Notes: generated from the sequence alone by a model not told the origin. A DNA stretch of 64,000 bases from an uncultured Gammaproteobacteria bacterium (GCA_964621305.1 CAZUOM010000002.1:73733-137732); one strand, 5' to 3'; numbered from the stretch's first letter, positions 49,180-58,433 are shown. Numbers and translations: made by a program.

Positions 49180-50973
49180 ATGAGAATCAAACCAACGGTT
49201 GATCCTGTGGTTGGACCAACTGATGATACACACTGGGGACAGGTTCTTATTCTCCCAAATGCCTATGGTGTTATTGAGGTTTTTGATCTCGATGGAGCTG
49301 CGCGCGATATCGGACTTCGTCTCTTGAGTACTCTTTCCGATCAGCTGGCTGAGCCAGTCGTAAGCCTTATAGACGTTGAAACGTGTGTTCAGCGGGTGGT
49401 CGATCCCAAACTGACAAGCCTCATCGTTCTTGTGCCTGTAGGAGTGGTGGCGTATCTAGTCTGTAAAGATAGCGGCGCCGTATATTTGAAGCGCGATGGA
49501 AGGATCGCAAGATTGTTAGCTAATACAGGATCAGTTTCCGGAAAGCTTGTTGTTGGAGATACATTACTTGTTATGACAAAGCGATTTGTAGAAACCATAG
49601 GGGAAGCAGAGATCGCATTAATATTTGATCACGAAGACCCAAAGACCATCTCTGAGAAACTGACAGTACAACTATCAAGATCAGAAAGCGCGGCTGGTGC
49701 TGCTGGTTTGGTTTTCGGTGTTAGGAGTCTCATGCCCATGGAGGGCGAAGAGAGCGTATCAATGGTACCAAAAAAAGCGCTAGCGGGACGCGTCGGGCGC
49801 ATGATCCACAAGACAATGCCAAAAGCAACTCACTTTTGGCATACTGTGCGTGATCGAGCGCGAAGGAAAAACAGTGCGATTTTAGCCATTGCAATTTTTT
49901 CTTTCATACTCTTTATTGGGAGTGTACTATTGGGTGTGAAAAAACAGCTGAGGTTAAGGGTCGACACGCAGATCGTTGGAGCAATGATTGAAGCTCAGCA
50001 TGCATTCAATGAAGGGGTGGCACTTTTAGATCTTAACTCCGTAAAGGGCAGAGAGCGACTGAGTCAAGCAAAGAGGATTCTGGATCCCTTGGCTGCCACG
50101 GTTTCTGCAAAAACAAAAACCGGCAGGCACATCGTGGCGCTTTCGAAGGAAGTTGATAGTCGGCTGAGTCTGGCCATGCAGGTTCATCGTGGAGAGCCTC
50201 AGTTATTTTATGATACTGGGCTTCTTAAAAAGGGTGCCGTCGCATCCTCGGTTGCCCTTGTATCAGAGCGCATGGCGTTGCTGGATGCCAGCGGAAAAAC
50301 TGTGTTTTTTCTTAACTTGGTATCAAAAAACGGTCAAATCGTCGCTGGCGGTGAACAGTTTTCCGGTTCCCGTTTCGTCGCCATGCAAGGAGACAAGGTT
50401 TATGTGCTCGTTGCCGATGGCATTCATATGATCCGTACAGAAGACAAAAAGACCGAGCCGCTCATTGTCAAAAGAGACAGCGAGTGGGGCAGCATTGCTG
50501 ACCTTGTCGCTTATGGAGGCAATCTCTATCTTCTCGACCTTGCCCGCGGCCGGATCTGGAAATATGTGTCAACCGGAGCAGGTTTCAGCGAGCGCCGCGA
50601 ATACTTAAATCCCGATACTCTTCCAGATTTTACTTGGGCGACTACCATGGTTATTGACGGATCGGTGTGGCTGGGAACCAACGAGGGCAAAATCCTACGA
50701 TTTACCCAGGGACAGGAACAGACGTTTTTGCCCAAAGGGGTTGCGCCGCCCCTTGGCAGAGATCTTGCCGTCTATACAAGCGACGAGGCATCGCGTGTCT
50801 ACATTTTAGACCGAGAGAATAAGCGGGTGGTTATGCTTGAAAAAGACGGCACGTATCTGTCTCAATACGTTTGGGAAGGCGCTATCAAACCAACACAATT
50901 TGTTGTTTCTGAAATCCTCAAAACTATTTTTCTCCTTTACGATGGTAAAGTTTACAACCTGGAGCTCAAATGA
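49180..50973 (+). CDS. Membrane protein with degenerate PP2C-like N-domain and C-terminal beta-propeller
   Basis: Central TM; NLYLLD..RIWKY, IDG.VW, VYILD repeats. Confidence 0.6.
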   Translation: MRIKPTVDPVVGPTDDTHWGQVLILPNAYGVIEVFDLDGAARDIGLRLLSTLSDQLAEPVVSLIDVETCVQRVVDPKLTSLIVLVPVGVVAYLVCKDSGAVYLKRDGRIARLLANTGSVSGKLVVGDTLLVMTKRFVETIGEAEIALIFDHEDPKTISEKLTVQLSRSESAAGAAGLVFGVRSLMPMEGEESVSMVPKKALAGRVGRMIHKTMPKATHFWHTVRDRARRKNSAILAIAIFSFILFIGSVLLGVKKQLRLRVDTQIVGAMIEAQHAFNEGVALLDLNSVKGRERLSQAKRILDPLAATVSAKTKTGRHIVALSKEVDSRLSLAMQVHRGEPQLFYDTGLLKKGAVASSVALVSERMALLDASGKTVFFLNLVSKNGQIVAGGEQFSGSRFVAMQGDKVYVLVADGIHMIRTEDKKTEPLIVKRDSEWGSIADLVAYGGNLYLLDLARGRIWKYVSTGAGFSERREYLNPDTLPDFTWATTMVIDGSVWLGTNEGKILRFTQGQEQTFLPKGVAPPLGRDLAVYTSDEASRVYILDRENKRVVMLEKDGTYLSQYVWEGAIKPTQFVVSEILKTIFLLYDGKVYNLELK

Positions 50974-51413
50974 CCATCATTAACCGCCGCGCCACACATG
51001 ACTACACTATTCTTGACCGCTTCGAGGCGGGGATCCATCTCGTGGGCGCTGAAGTAAAATCTCTTAAAGGCGGCCATGCGTCACTTGACGGTGCGTTTGT
51101 CCGGCTGATTGGTTCTGAAGCATACCTGGTCAACGCTCAAATTTTTCCATACATTTACGCGCGTCCTGAGGGCTACGACCCAAAGCGCACCAGAAAACTT
51201 CTCCTTCATAAAAAAGAAATCATGAGCTTGAGAGGAAAAATTGAAGGAGCAAATTTGACTCTCGTCCCCCTTTCTTGGTATACTAGAGGGCCCTTAGTCA
51301 AGCTCGAAGTTGGCCTAGCCCGCGGCAAGAAGCAGTTCGAAAAACGCGAAGCAAAGCGTCATGCCGACATTAAGCGAGAGCTGGAGCAGGATTATCGGGG
51401 GAAAGTAAAGTAA
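50970..51413 (+). CDS. smpB: SsrA-binding protein
   Basis: NRRA.HDY, EAGI.L.G.EVKS, RKLLLHK, ARGKK. Confidence 0.97.
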   Translation: MTIINRRATHDYTILDRFEAGIHLVGAEVKSLKGGHASLDGAFVRLIGSEAYLVNAQIFPYIYARPEGYDPKRTRKLLLHKKEIMSLRGKIEGANLTLVPLSWYTRGPLVKLEVGLARGKKQFEKREAKRHADIKRELEQDYRGKVK

Positions 51414-51418
51414 ATTTT

Positions 51419-51811
51419 GGGGATGAGTGATTCGACGGGGAGAGCACGTTAAAAACTGCAAGCCGGCGATGACAAAAGAGCCGTAAAAATTTGTCAAATC
51501 TAACTGCTAATATTATTAGCGAGGAAGACGAGCAAGCGCTTCTTGCGTTAGCTCTCTCCCGACGTCAAGCACGATTGGCTTTTGCCTATCAAGCGTAAAC
51601 GTCCATCTCTAAAGTTGTTTTCTCGGTGACTCTCTTGAGGTGTAAAAACAGCCGAGGCGTCAGGAGTCAATTGACCGATTGATTCCGGAGTAAAAGGTCA
51701 AACCATTGTACGGTTTTTGTCCGTTTTTATCGTATAATGTATCAAACGGACTACGCTTGTAGATGTTTAGATGTGCTCCTTCGGACCCGGGTTCATTACC
51801 CGGCATCTCCA
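51419..51811 (+). ncRNA. ssrA: tmRNA
   Basis: GGGGATG/CATCTCC-A acceptor with G3-U; GATTCGAC; T-arm; tag ORF 51506-51598; follows smpB. Confidence 0.92.
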
Positions 51812-51813
51812 CA

Positions 51814-52437
51814 GTGGGAATTTTAGATTTTATTTTTCCGAAGCGCTGCCTGGGGTGCGGGAGGACCGGAAAATATTTTTGTGACAGGTGCAGAAGAGAG
51901 ATCAGAACAATTGAAACGCGCGAGAGGGCAACAGGCAGCCTCGACGGCTTGACAAGCTTTTTTCGTTACGACAGTCTTGTCAGACAAGCAATAAAAGCGC
52001 TCAAATATAGCTTCGTCTCCGACCTTGCTCACGAATTTATTTCTCTTATCCCACAATCATCGTTTTTTCGTCTCCCTAAGTACTCTGTTCTCGTGCCGAT
52101 TCCATTGCATTCGGCACGGTTGCGGCATCGCGGTTTTAACCAAGCAGAACTTTTAGGAAATTTGATTGCACAAAAGCTATCTATTCCGATGCGAACTGAC
52201 ATATTGGTCCGTACGCAAAAAACCACTCCCCAAGTAGAAATGAAGGATAGAGAAAAAAGGCTAAAAAATATGCATAATGTTTTTTCGGTTAGCTCTTCAA
52301 CAATTCAACAATTTAACAATGCAACAATTTTTCTTTTCGACGATGTCTTCACCACCGGTGCCACCATGCGCTCAGCAGCAACCGCGCTTAAGCGGAACGG
52401 GGTAGGATTTGTTTTGGGTATCACGATGGCACGGTGA
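51814..52437 (+). CDS. comF: ComF family competence protein
   Basis: FPKRCLGC...CDRC, VPIPLH..R..RGFNQ, DDVFTTGAT. Confidence 0.92.
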   Translation: MGILDFIFPKRCLGCGRTGKYFCDRCRREIRTIETRERATGSLDGLTSFFRYDSLVRQAIKALKYSFVSDLAHEFISLIPQSSFFRLPKYSVLVPIPLHSARLRHRGFNQAELLGNLIAQKLSIPMRTDILVRTQKTTPQVEMKDREKRLKNMHNVFSVSSSTIQQFNNATIFLFDDVFTTGATMRSAATALKRNGVGFVLGITMAR

Positions 52438-52452
52438 TATAATAGAGGGAAA

Positions 52453-52539
52453 GGAGGGTTGGCTGAGCGGTCCAAAGCGAAAGGTTGCTAACCTTTTGAG
52501 CCGAATAAGCTCGCACAGGTTCAAATCCTGTACCCTCCG
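52453..52539 (+). tRNA. tRNA-Ser(GCU)
   Basis: AAAGG-TT-GCT-AA-CCTTT; long variable arm; G73. Confidence 0.93.
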
Positions 52540-52618
52540 CAGAACAATTTTCTACAAAAATTTTCTGCGTAAACGCCCTTTTGGGTTTACCCGGAAAATT
52601 TTTCTGAAATTTGTTCCG

Positions 52619-52705
52619 GGAGAGTTGGCCGAGCGGTTCATGGCGCTGGTCTTGAAAACCAGTGAGCGAAAGCTTTCGCAGGTTCGAATCCTGCACTCTC
52701 CGCCA
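52619..52705 (+). tRNA. tRNA-Ser(UGA)
   Basis: CTGGT-CT-TGA-AA-ACCAG; long variable arm; GCCA end. Confidence 0.93.
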
Positions 52706-53499
52706 TGGCTAAAATTGCCCCTTTCATTGCTAGGCTGCGAGATTTAACTAATCCCCCAAAACAAATGTATTATCAGGGTAAGTGGAACGAATCACTGTTT
52801 AATAAGTGCGCGGCGATCGTCGGCACCAGGCGAATGACCCAGTATGGCAGGATGGTGATAGAGAAACTCGTACCTCGCCTGGTTGCGGACGGATATACTA
52901 TTGTCTCTGGTTTTATGTACGGCGTAGACCAGGCAGCCCACCGCGAGTGCATTACCTGCGGCGGCAGAACAATAGCGGTGTTGGGGTGGGGAATTAACTG
53001 GAACGGGATTGACGACGATGATACGAAACTACTGGCTGAAGTTGAAAAAAACGGATTAGTGATTTCCGAATGGGAAGAGCAAAAGCCAGCCCTCTGGACG
53101 TTTCCTCAGCGAAACCGTATTGTTGCAGCTATCGCACAAGATGTATTCGTGATTGAGGCGGCGGTCAAAAGCGGTGCACTAATCACCGCCCATATTGCGC
53201 AAAAACTCAAAAGAACCATTTGGGCTGTCCCCGGACCAGTCACCTCCAGCCTATCGGAGGGGACCAATAGGTTAATCGTTGAAGGCATCGCCCGCATGTG
53301 GCTGCCGAACATAGACTCTCGTGCGCCGTCTGCGCCATCAACAAACCCCATCATAGAGCTTTTGGAAAGGCAGGCGCTGGATGCCTCAGCAATTGCCAGA
53401 TTGCTCCATCAGCCGGTTGATGTCGTCGGGGCACAATTGTCTCTGTTGGTCCTTTCCGGTGAGATTATCTACGAAGAGGGGACATATTATGTTAATTAA
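52705..53499 (+). CDS. dprA: DNA-processing protein DprA
   Basis: AIVGTR, VSGF..GVD..AH, FPQRNRI, EA..KSGALIT, GTN.LI. Confidence 0.95.
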   Translation: MAKIAPFIARLRDLTNPPKQMYYQGKWNESLFNKCAAIVGTRRMTQYGRMVIEKLVPRLVADGYTIVSGFMYGVDQAAHRECITCGGRTIAVLGWGINWNGIDDDDTKLLAEVEKNGLVISEWEEQKPALWTFPQRNRIVAAIAQDVFVIEAAVKSGALITAHIAQKLKRTIWAVPGPVTSSLSEGTNRLIVEGIARMWLPNIDSRAPSAPSTNPIIELLERQALDASAIARLLHQPVDVVGAQLSLLVLSGEIIYEEGTYYVN

Positions 53500-55018
53500 C
53501 ATTGCTTCGGTGGCAAACATAGGACTTGAGACTATTGGGGTGGAGGTGGAAGTTGATGTTGCTACTCAGGGTTTTCCCGGTTTTACCATCGTGGGTTTGG
53601 CGGGAAAGGCTGTAGAGGAGGCGCGTGAGCGGGTAAAAACAGCAATTGTCAACTCAGGCATGGAATTTCCGGGGAAAAAAATAACGGTTAATTTGGCCCC
53701 TGCTGATCTGCCTAAGGATGGAGGAGCCTACGACCTGCCGATAGCAATGGGCATTTTGATAGCGTCGGGACAGGTGGATTTCGGAGTCTGTAAACCTTCC
53801 GATGCCGTATTTTACGGAGAGCTGGGACTAGACGGAGGATTACGTACCACAAAAGGCGTTTTACTTGTGGGTTTATACGCCAAGAGGCAAAAGATGAGAG
53901 AGCTTTTCGTCCCCATGGCATCGGCAGGAGAAGCAGCGGTCGTTTCCGGTATCCGCGTTTATCCTTTACGGAATTTACGAGAGTGTGCCGATCACCTTTC
54001 GGGCACAAAACTTCTCAATCCGGCCAAACCACAAAAGCAGTTGTACAGCCCAAATGACGACATTGTTGAATTTGACCTGTCGGAAATATCCGGTCAAGAA
54101 CAGGCCAAGCGGGCCATGCTCATTGCCGCTGCAGGCGGGCACAATCTTCTCATGTCTGGTCCTCCGGGAGCCGGCAAGACGATGCTTGCGCGGGCCATGC
54201 CCGGCATATTGCCGCCGCTTGATTTTTCCGAGTCCCTCGAGGTGACTAGAATCTATTCTGTTGCCGGTCTTTTGCCGTCTGGAACATCTCTCGTAAGAGC
54301 GCGGCCGTTTCGGAGTCCTCATCACGGCATATCGGCTGCCGGAGTCATTGGCGGAGGGAGTAATCCGTTGCCCGGAGAGGTGAGTCTAGCGCATTTGGGT
54401 GTGCTGTTTTTGGACGAGATGCCGGAGTTTCCGCGATCGGTTCTGGAGTCCTTACGTCAACCCATGGAAGACGGCGTAGTATCCATTGTTCGAGTGGGAG
54501 CCCGCGTGACCTATCCGGCCAGTTTCACTCTCCTTGCGGCGGTCAACCCGTGTCCGTGCGGATATCTGGGGCATCCGACGCGTGCATGCAAGTGCTCGGA
54601 AAAGCAAGTGCGCAAGTATAGGTCTCGTCTTTCCGGCCCGATTTTGGACAGAATTGATCTGCATGTTCTCGTACCGTCCGTTGAAACGGGAAAACTGTCT
54701 GGTTTGGTGGCAGATGGGATGAATTCATCGGCCATGCGGGCCATGGTTTTAGACGCCCGAGCTAGGCAAACGAAGCGGTTTGCCGCCGATGGCATCTATA
54801 CCAACTCGCAGATGAAAAATAAACATGTCAAGATGTATTGCCACCTGGATGGAGAAACCCAGAAGCTTTTAAAGCTTGCTCTAGAGGCATATGATATGTC
54901 TGCACGGTCATATTTCCGTTTGATAAAAATTGCCCGAACAATTGCAGATTTGGCCAACAGTAGTGCGATTTCCGTCTCGCACATGGCAGAAGCATTGCAG
55001 TATCGGTCTGGACTGTAA
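53489..55018 (+). CDS. comM: ComM/YifB Mg-chelatase-like AAA helicase
   Basis: VNLAPADLPK.G..YDL, GPPGAGKT, FLDE, NPCPCG, DRID. Confidence 0.93.
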   Translation: MLINIASVANIGLETIGVEVEVDVATQGFPGFTIVGLAGKAVEEARERVKTAIVNSGMEFPGKKITVNLAPADLPKDGGAYDLPIAMGILIASGQVDFGVCKPSDAVFYGELGLDGGLRTTKGVLLVGLYAKRQKMRELFVPMASAGEAAVVSGIRVYPLRNLRECADHLSGTKLLNPAKPQKQLYSPNDDIVEFDLSEISGQEQAKRAMLIAAAGGHNLLMSGPPGAGKTMLARAMPGILPPLDFSESLEVTRIYSVAGLLPSGTSLVRARPFRSPHHGISAAGVIGGGSNPLPGEVSLAHLGVLFLDEMPEFPRSVLESLRQPMEDGVVSIVRVGARVTYPASFTLLAAVNPCPCGYLGHPTRACKCSEKQVRKYRSRLSGPILDRIDLHVLVPSVETGKLSGLVADGMNSSAMRAMVLDARARQTKRFAADGIYTNSQMKNKHVKMYCHLDGETQKLLKLALEAYDMSARSYFRLIKIARTIADLANSSAISVSHMAEALQYRSGL

Positions 55019-55021
55019 TAC

Positions 55022-55378
55022 ATGAAGGCGCTCAATAAAGATACTGGCCGGCTCGGAGAGCAGCTTGCCGAGCACCTGCTGGCAGAGAAGGGGTATCGGA
55101 TTGTAAAGAGAAATTTTTTCACACGTTTCGGTGAGATCGACATAATCTGTCTGGACAAAGACACGACGGTGTTTGTTGAAGTAAAGACCAAACGAGGCGT
55201 AGATTTTGGGACGCCGGAGGAAATGTTTACGAAAGGAAAGGCAGGACAAGTAAAGCGGATGGCCTCGGTGTACTTACAGGGGAAAGAAGTTAACTGCAGG
55301 ATTGACATGGTCGCCATTGTGTTGGGAGATGATAACCAGCCGCAGCGTATGACCCACTATATTAATGTTGTATTGTGA
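55022..55378 (+). CDS. yraN: YraN family nuclease
   Basis: G..GE..A...L...GY....N....GEIDII...FVEVK. Confidence 0.93.
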   Translation: MKALNKDTGRLGEQLAEHLLAEKGYRIVKRNFFTRFGEIDIICLDKDTTVFVEVKTKRGVDFGTPEEMFTKGKAGQVKRMASVYLQGKEVNCRIDMVAIVLGDDNQPQRMTHYINVVL

Positions 55379-55423
55379 CCAAATATGCTTGCACTGAGGA
55401 TCTGCCAGCCGGCGGAGGCCAAG

Positions 55424-55495
55424 TGCCAGCGGCAGGGATTGAACCTGCTACCCTCGCCTTATGAAGACGGTGCTCTACCAATGAGCTACGCTGGC
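55424..55495 (-). tRNA. tRNA with CAU anticodon, probably elongator Met
   Basis: Reverse complement GCCAGCG...CGTC-TT-CAT-AA-GGCG...GGTTCAATCC...CGCTGGC-A. Confidence 0.85.
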
Positions 55496-55560
55496 TCAGC
55501 CTCATTGTATGAAACTTGAGCTAGAAAGGCAATTCTGGTATAGTAGTGATGTTCATTTAC

Positions 55561-55909
55561 CGCGGGGTAGTGTACAGTTGCACAGAAGGCTTAAGTATGG
55601 GCTCATCGGTAAGAAATTACTGTATGATAATTCGGCTATATCGGTGAAACCCGGATATTATGACTTTGTCACCGTCCGGGCAATACCGAGGAAAGATCCC
55701 GAGTAGAATCGAGGGAAATCCGTAGAGACTATACGCCGAACCCTTCGTCGCTTCGCTCCTCAGGGCAAGTCCTGTCGAGCGAAATTGACAAGGTGATGAT
55801 ATAGTCCGACACTCTCAGTAATGGGAGCCCGTGAAGCAGAACAAGTACGCTTCAGGGTAAAAAACACGTGCATAATCTTCTAGGCTGGGTGCGACTCCCA
55901 GCCCCGCAA
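55561..55909 (+). tRNA. Initiator-like tRNA-Met(CAU), exons 55561-55591 and 55871-55909
   Basis: Spliced form folds as CGCGGGG/CCCCGCA (C1:A72) with GAAGG-CT^CAT-AA-TCTTC and CTGGG-TGCGACT-CCCAG. Confidence 0.85.
55592..55870 (+). mobile_element. Group I self-splicing intron, 279 nt, no homing endonuclease ORF
   Basis: U before the 5' splice site, terminal G; IGS TATGGGCT pairs GGCT|CATA; P3 TTCGGC/GCCGAA; P7 AGACTA/TAGTCC. Confidence 0.9.
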
Positions 55910-55921
55910 CCCAGGCTATTA

Positions 55922-55956
55922 AACAAAAAACCACTCATTATGAGTGGTTTTTTGTT
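55922..55956. terminator. Bidirectional intrinsic terminator
   Basis: AACAAAAAACCACTCA-TTA-TGAGTGGTTTTTTGTT. Confidence 0.85.
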
Positions 55957-56075
55957 CCAGCCTGGTGGGGTCGGTCCCGCCGATGGCGAAGCCATAATGG
56001 CGGGATAATGACCCCAACTCTTTTTCTTCCAGCCTCATCGGGTCGGTGTGCGCAAAGCGCACATAATGACCCGAA
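55955..56075. repeat. Two related REP-like hairpins
   Basis: TTCCAGCCT..GGGTCGGT-[inner hairpin]-ATAATGACCC occurs twice. Confidence 0.7.
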
Positions 56076-56093
56076 CAGGATTACAATAACCTA

Positions 56094-56363
56094 ATGTATT
56101 ACGTTTACGTTCTTCAATCACAAAAGAAATCTAAATGGCTATATAAAGGTTCAACTTCGGATCTCAAAAGACGCCTTGCCGAACATAACGCAGGTAAAAA
56201 TTTTTCTACCGCTCCATATATTCCATTTACGCTTATTTATTACGAGGCTTATCTTCTAAAATCTGATGCAGAAGCAAGAGAGCAATATTTAAAAACATCA
56301 ATGGGAATGAGGGTTTTGAAGAAACAATTATCAAATCTGTTGAAAATTGGAGAGAAAGCATGA
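56094..56363 (+). CDS. Stand-alone GIY-YIG nuclease
   Basis: YYVYVL...LYKGST.DL.RRL.EHN.G, A..RE..LK. Confidence 0.92.
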   Translation: MYYVYVLQSQKKSKWLYKGSTSDLKRRLAEHNAGKNFSTAPYIPFTLIYYEAYLLKSDAEAREQYLKTSMGMRVLKKQLSNLLKIGEKA

Positions 56364-56378
56364 TACATTACTCGCCAT

Positions 56379-56696
56379 ATGCTGAAATTTGAAGATTTCG
56401 CAAAATTAGAAATAAAAATGGGTACTGTTCTTGAAGCAGAACGAGTAGCTGGTACAGATAAATTGTTAAAAATTGTAGTAGACATGGGTAATGAAAAGCG
56501 CCAGGTAATTGGGGGATTTGGAAATAAATACACACCAGAAAGCCTAATAGGAAAACAAGTGCCCATTGTTTTAAACATTGAGCCAGCAGTTATAAGAGGC
56601 GTTGAAAGTAATGGTATTTTTATGGCTATTGACGCAAATGAACCAATGCTTCTTTTACCCGAAAATTCAGTTCCCAACGGAAGTAAAGTAAAATAG
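56379..56696 (+). CDS. Trbp111/CsaA-like tRNA-binding OB-fold protein
   Basis: DF.KL.I..G.V..AE.V.G.DKL, G.ES.G. Confidence 0.88.
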   Translation: MLKFEDFAKLEIKMGTVLEAERVAGTDKLLKIVVDMGNEKRQVIGGFGNKYTPESLIGKQVPIVLNIEPAVIRGVESNGIFMAIDANEPMLLLPENSVPNGSKVK

Positions 56697-56971
56697 CTTA
56701 TTCCAATTGAAAATAATACGTTCTAATTTCCTGTAATCCCCGCAACAAAATACAGGCGGACGCCCATATGGCGTCCGTTTTTACCCCAGCACCAGAATGC
56801 CCCGAGCGTAAGCTTGGGGGACTAGTGGTTTCAAAAGGCATTCGGTGCGGGGTTTCGCGCTCCGAATGAACCAGCCGATGCCCCGACCGTAAGGAGTGGG
56901 AGCGCTTCACTTATAAAAACCACGGGACTCTTTTGTATCGCATAGCATTGTTTGTGCGATATACTGGATTT

Positions 56972-57465
56972 ATGGCCAAAAAGAAAGCAGTGCGCTGGAG
57001 GCGGAAAAAATTGCTCGCGCTCGGGATCCCCGCAGTTTTTGATACCAGGTTTATTAATGGCAATGGTGTTGGGGTGGAATCCGAAAGAATTGACGAGGAC
57101 AAAAGATTATTACGCCAATAAAACATTGTTTCCCAAATCCGGTGAGGCAGTTGAATTCTATGATGGCGACACGTTCCGGCTAAAAAGTGGCGTGGAAGTG
57201 CGGCTTATTGGCGTCGATGCGCCCAACAAGGGAGAGGCTAATTGGCAGGCGTCGCGGATAGCGCTAGAAGATATGATCAGAAATAAACTAGTGTATTTGG
57301 AATATGACCGGTATTCAGTCTCGCCCTGGGCTTATGGAAAACCCCGACGGGTGTAATAAGGGGAAGTTGGTTAATGAAGAGTTGGTCCGGGCTGGCTTGG
57401 TAGCTGCGGAGCGGTATAAAGACCGAGGGGCGCTCAAATACGAACAAAGAATATCGAGGTTATAA
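56972..57465 (+). pseudogene. Thermonuclease (SNase) pseudogene
   Basis: Frameshift in the T run at 57036-57040; DGDT, VRLIGVDAP; broken after YDRY; LVNEELVRAGL in a later fragment. Confidence 0.8.
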
Positions 57466-57482
57466 GGCAAAGAGGGGCAGGA

Positions 57483-57866
57483 CTAACGTTTGTGGGAGTG
57501 GGATTTGAGCCAAGAGGCAATGGTGTCGAGAGAAAAATTCTTTACATCGACGGATACCATAAACGGGACAACCTCTTTTTTTGATCCACGCAGGGTATAT
57601 CCATTGAGGAAAAGAAACCGTTTGGTTGAGTAATATGCGGTCCGCTTATTCCCATCATCAAAGGGATGATTTTTTACTAACGAGTGGAGAAGTGCAGCCG
57701 CTTTTTGCCAAATCGTCGGGTACAACTCTTGACCGCCGAAGGTAACTTTTGGTCGTTCAACTGCAGAGTGGAGAAGTGTAAAGTCGTGAATATCACCTCT
57801 GCCGCCACCTACCGCAATCATACGCTGATGGATTGCGTATACATCCTCAAGCGTCAAGTACTTCAT
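57483..57866 (-). CDS. doc: Doc toxin
   Basis: SAV.RP, KAAAL, NHPFDDGNKRTA. Confidence 0.92.
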   Translation of the reverse strand: MKYLTLEDVYAIHQRMIAVGGGRGDIHDFTLLHSAVERPKVTFGGQELYPTIWQKAAALLHSLVKNHPFDDGNKRTAYYSTKRFLFLNGYTLRGSKKEVVPFMVSVDVKNFSLDTIASWLKSHSHKR

Positions 57867-58108
57867 ACCGCAGCCAGCGCTTTAATAATGTCGGCGTCTT
57901 CTTTGACCACTTGATCTAGCCACGCTTTAAACTCCGGTGTCAGCGTGGGGCTGGCGTCTACTTTGTCTTTCCGCACATAGACAGCAGGAATATCAGCATT
58001 TGCTTCTACAAGGACTTTATCGCCAGCCTTGAATTTTGCTTTTTGCGTAAATGCTTTTGGTAGCGTGATGGCAAGCGAATTGCCTACCTGAAAAACAGTT
58101 TGTAACAT
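57863..58108 (-). CDS. AbrB/MazE-type antitoxin
   Basis: VGNSLAITLPK. Confidence 0.88.
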   Translation of the reverse strand: MLQTVFQVGNSLAITLPKAFTQKAKFKAGDKVLVEANADIPAVYVRKDKVDASPTLTPEFKAWLDQVVKEDADIIKALAAV

Positions 58109-58194
58109 GCTATATCCTCCTTGTTATAACGAATTATAACATGACGTATTTGACAAAGTCAAGATTTACGATATACTCCTTTTCACAATTGAAT

Positions 58195-58433
58195 AAAAGC
58201 GTTGAGGAGGCGTGGATGGAGCCTCTGAGCTGACGCTAATCACGTACGGAGGTGAAACCGTAAAAAGTCTGTCAACGGGTGTCGTACTAATGGAGCTCGT
58301 CAAGAATGAGGTTATCCTCAACTGACGTCCCGCTTACGCGGGATTATTTGTGGGTAACAAAGCAAGGTGGCAACGCCATAGCAGGCCCTTGCAAGCCGTC
58401 TACGTTTATCGTGGATGATTTGCAAGGGCTTTT
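58195..58433 (+). promoter_or_regulatory. T-box riboswitch (Trp), ultrashort stem I, transcriptional
   Basis: GCGTTGA-GGAGGC-GTGGA[TGG]A-GCCTCT-GAGC; antiterminator CAAGG-TGGCAAC-GCC...GGC-CCTTG; overlapping terminator 58385-58433; TTGACA/TATACT promoter at 58150-58177. Confidence 0.8.

Noticed and set aside
55509-55706. 65-aa ORF as an intron homing endonuclease
   Set aside because: It starts outside the tRNA, runs through exon and ribozyme core, and has no nuclease motif.
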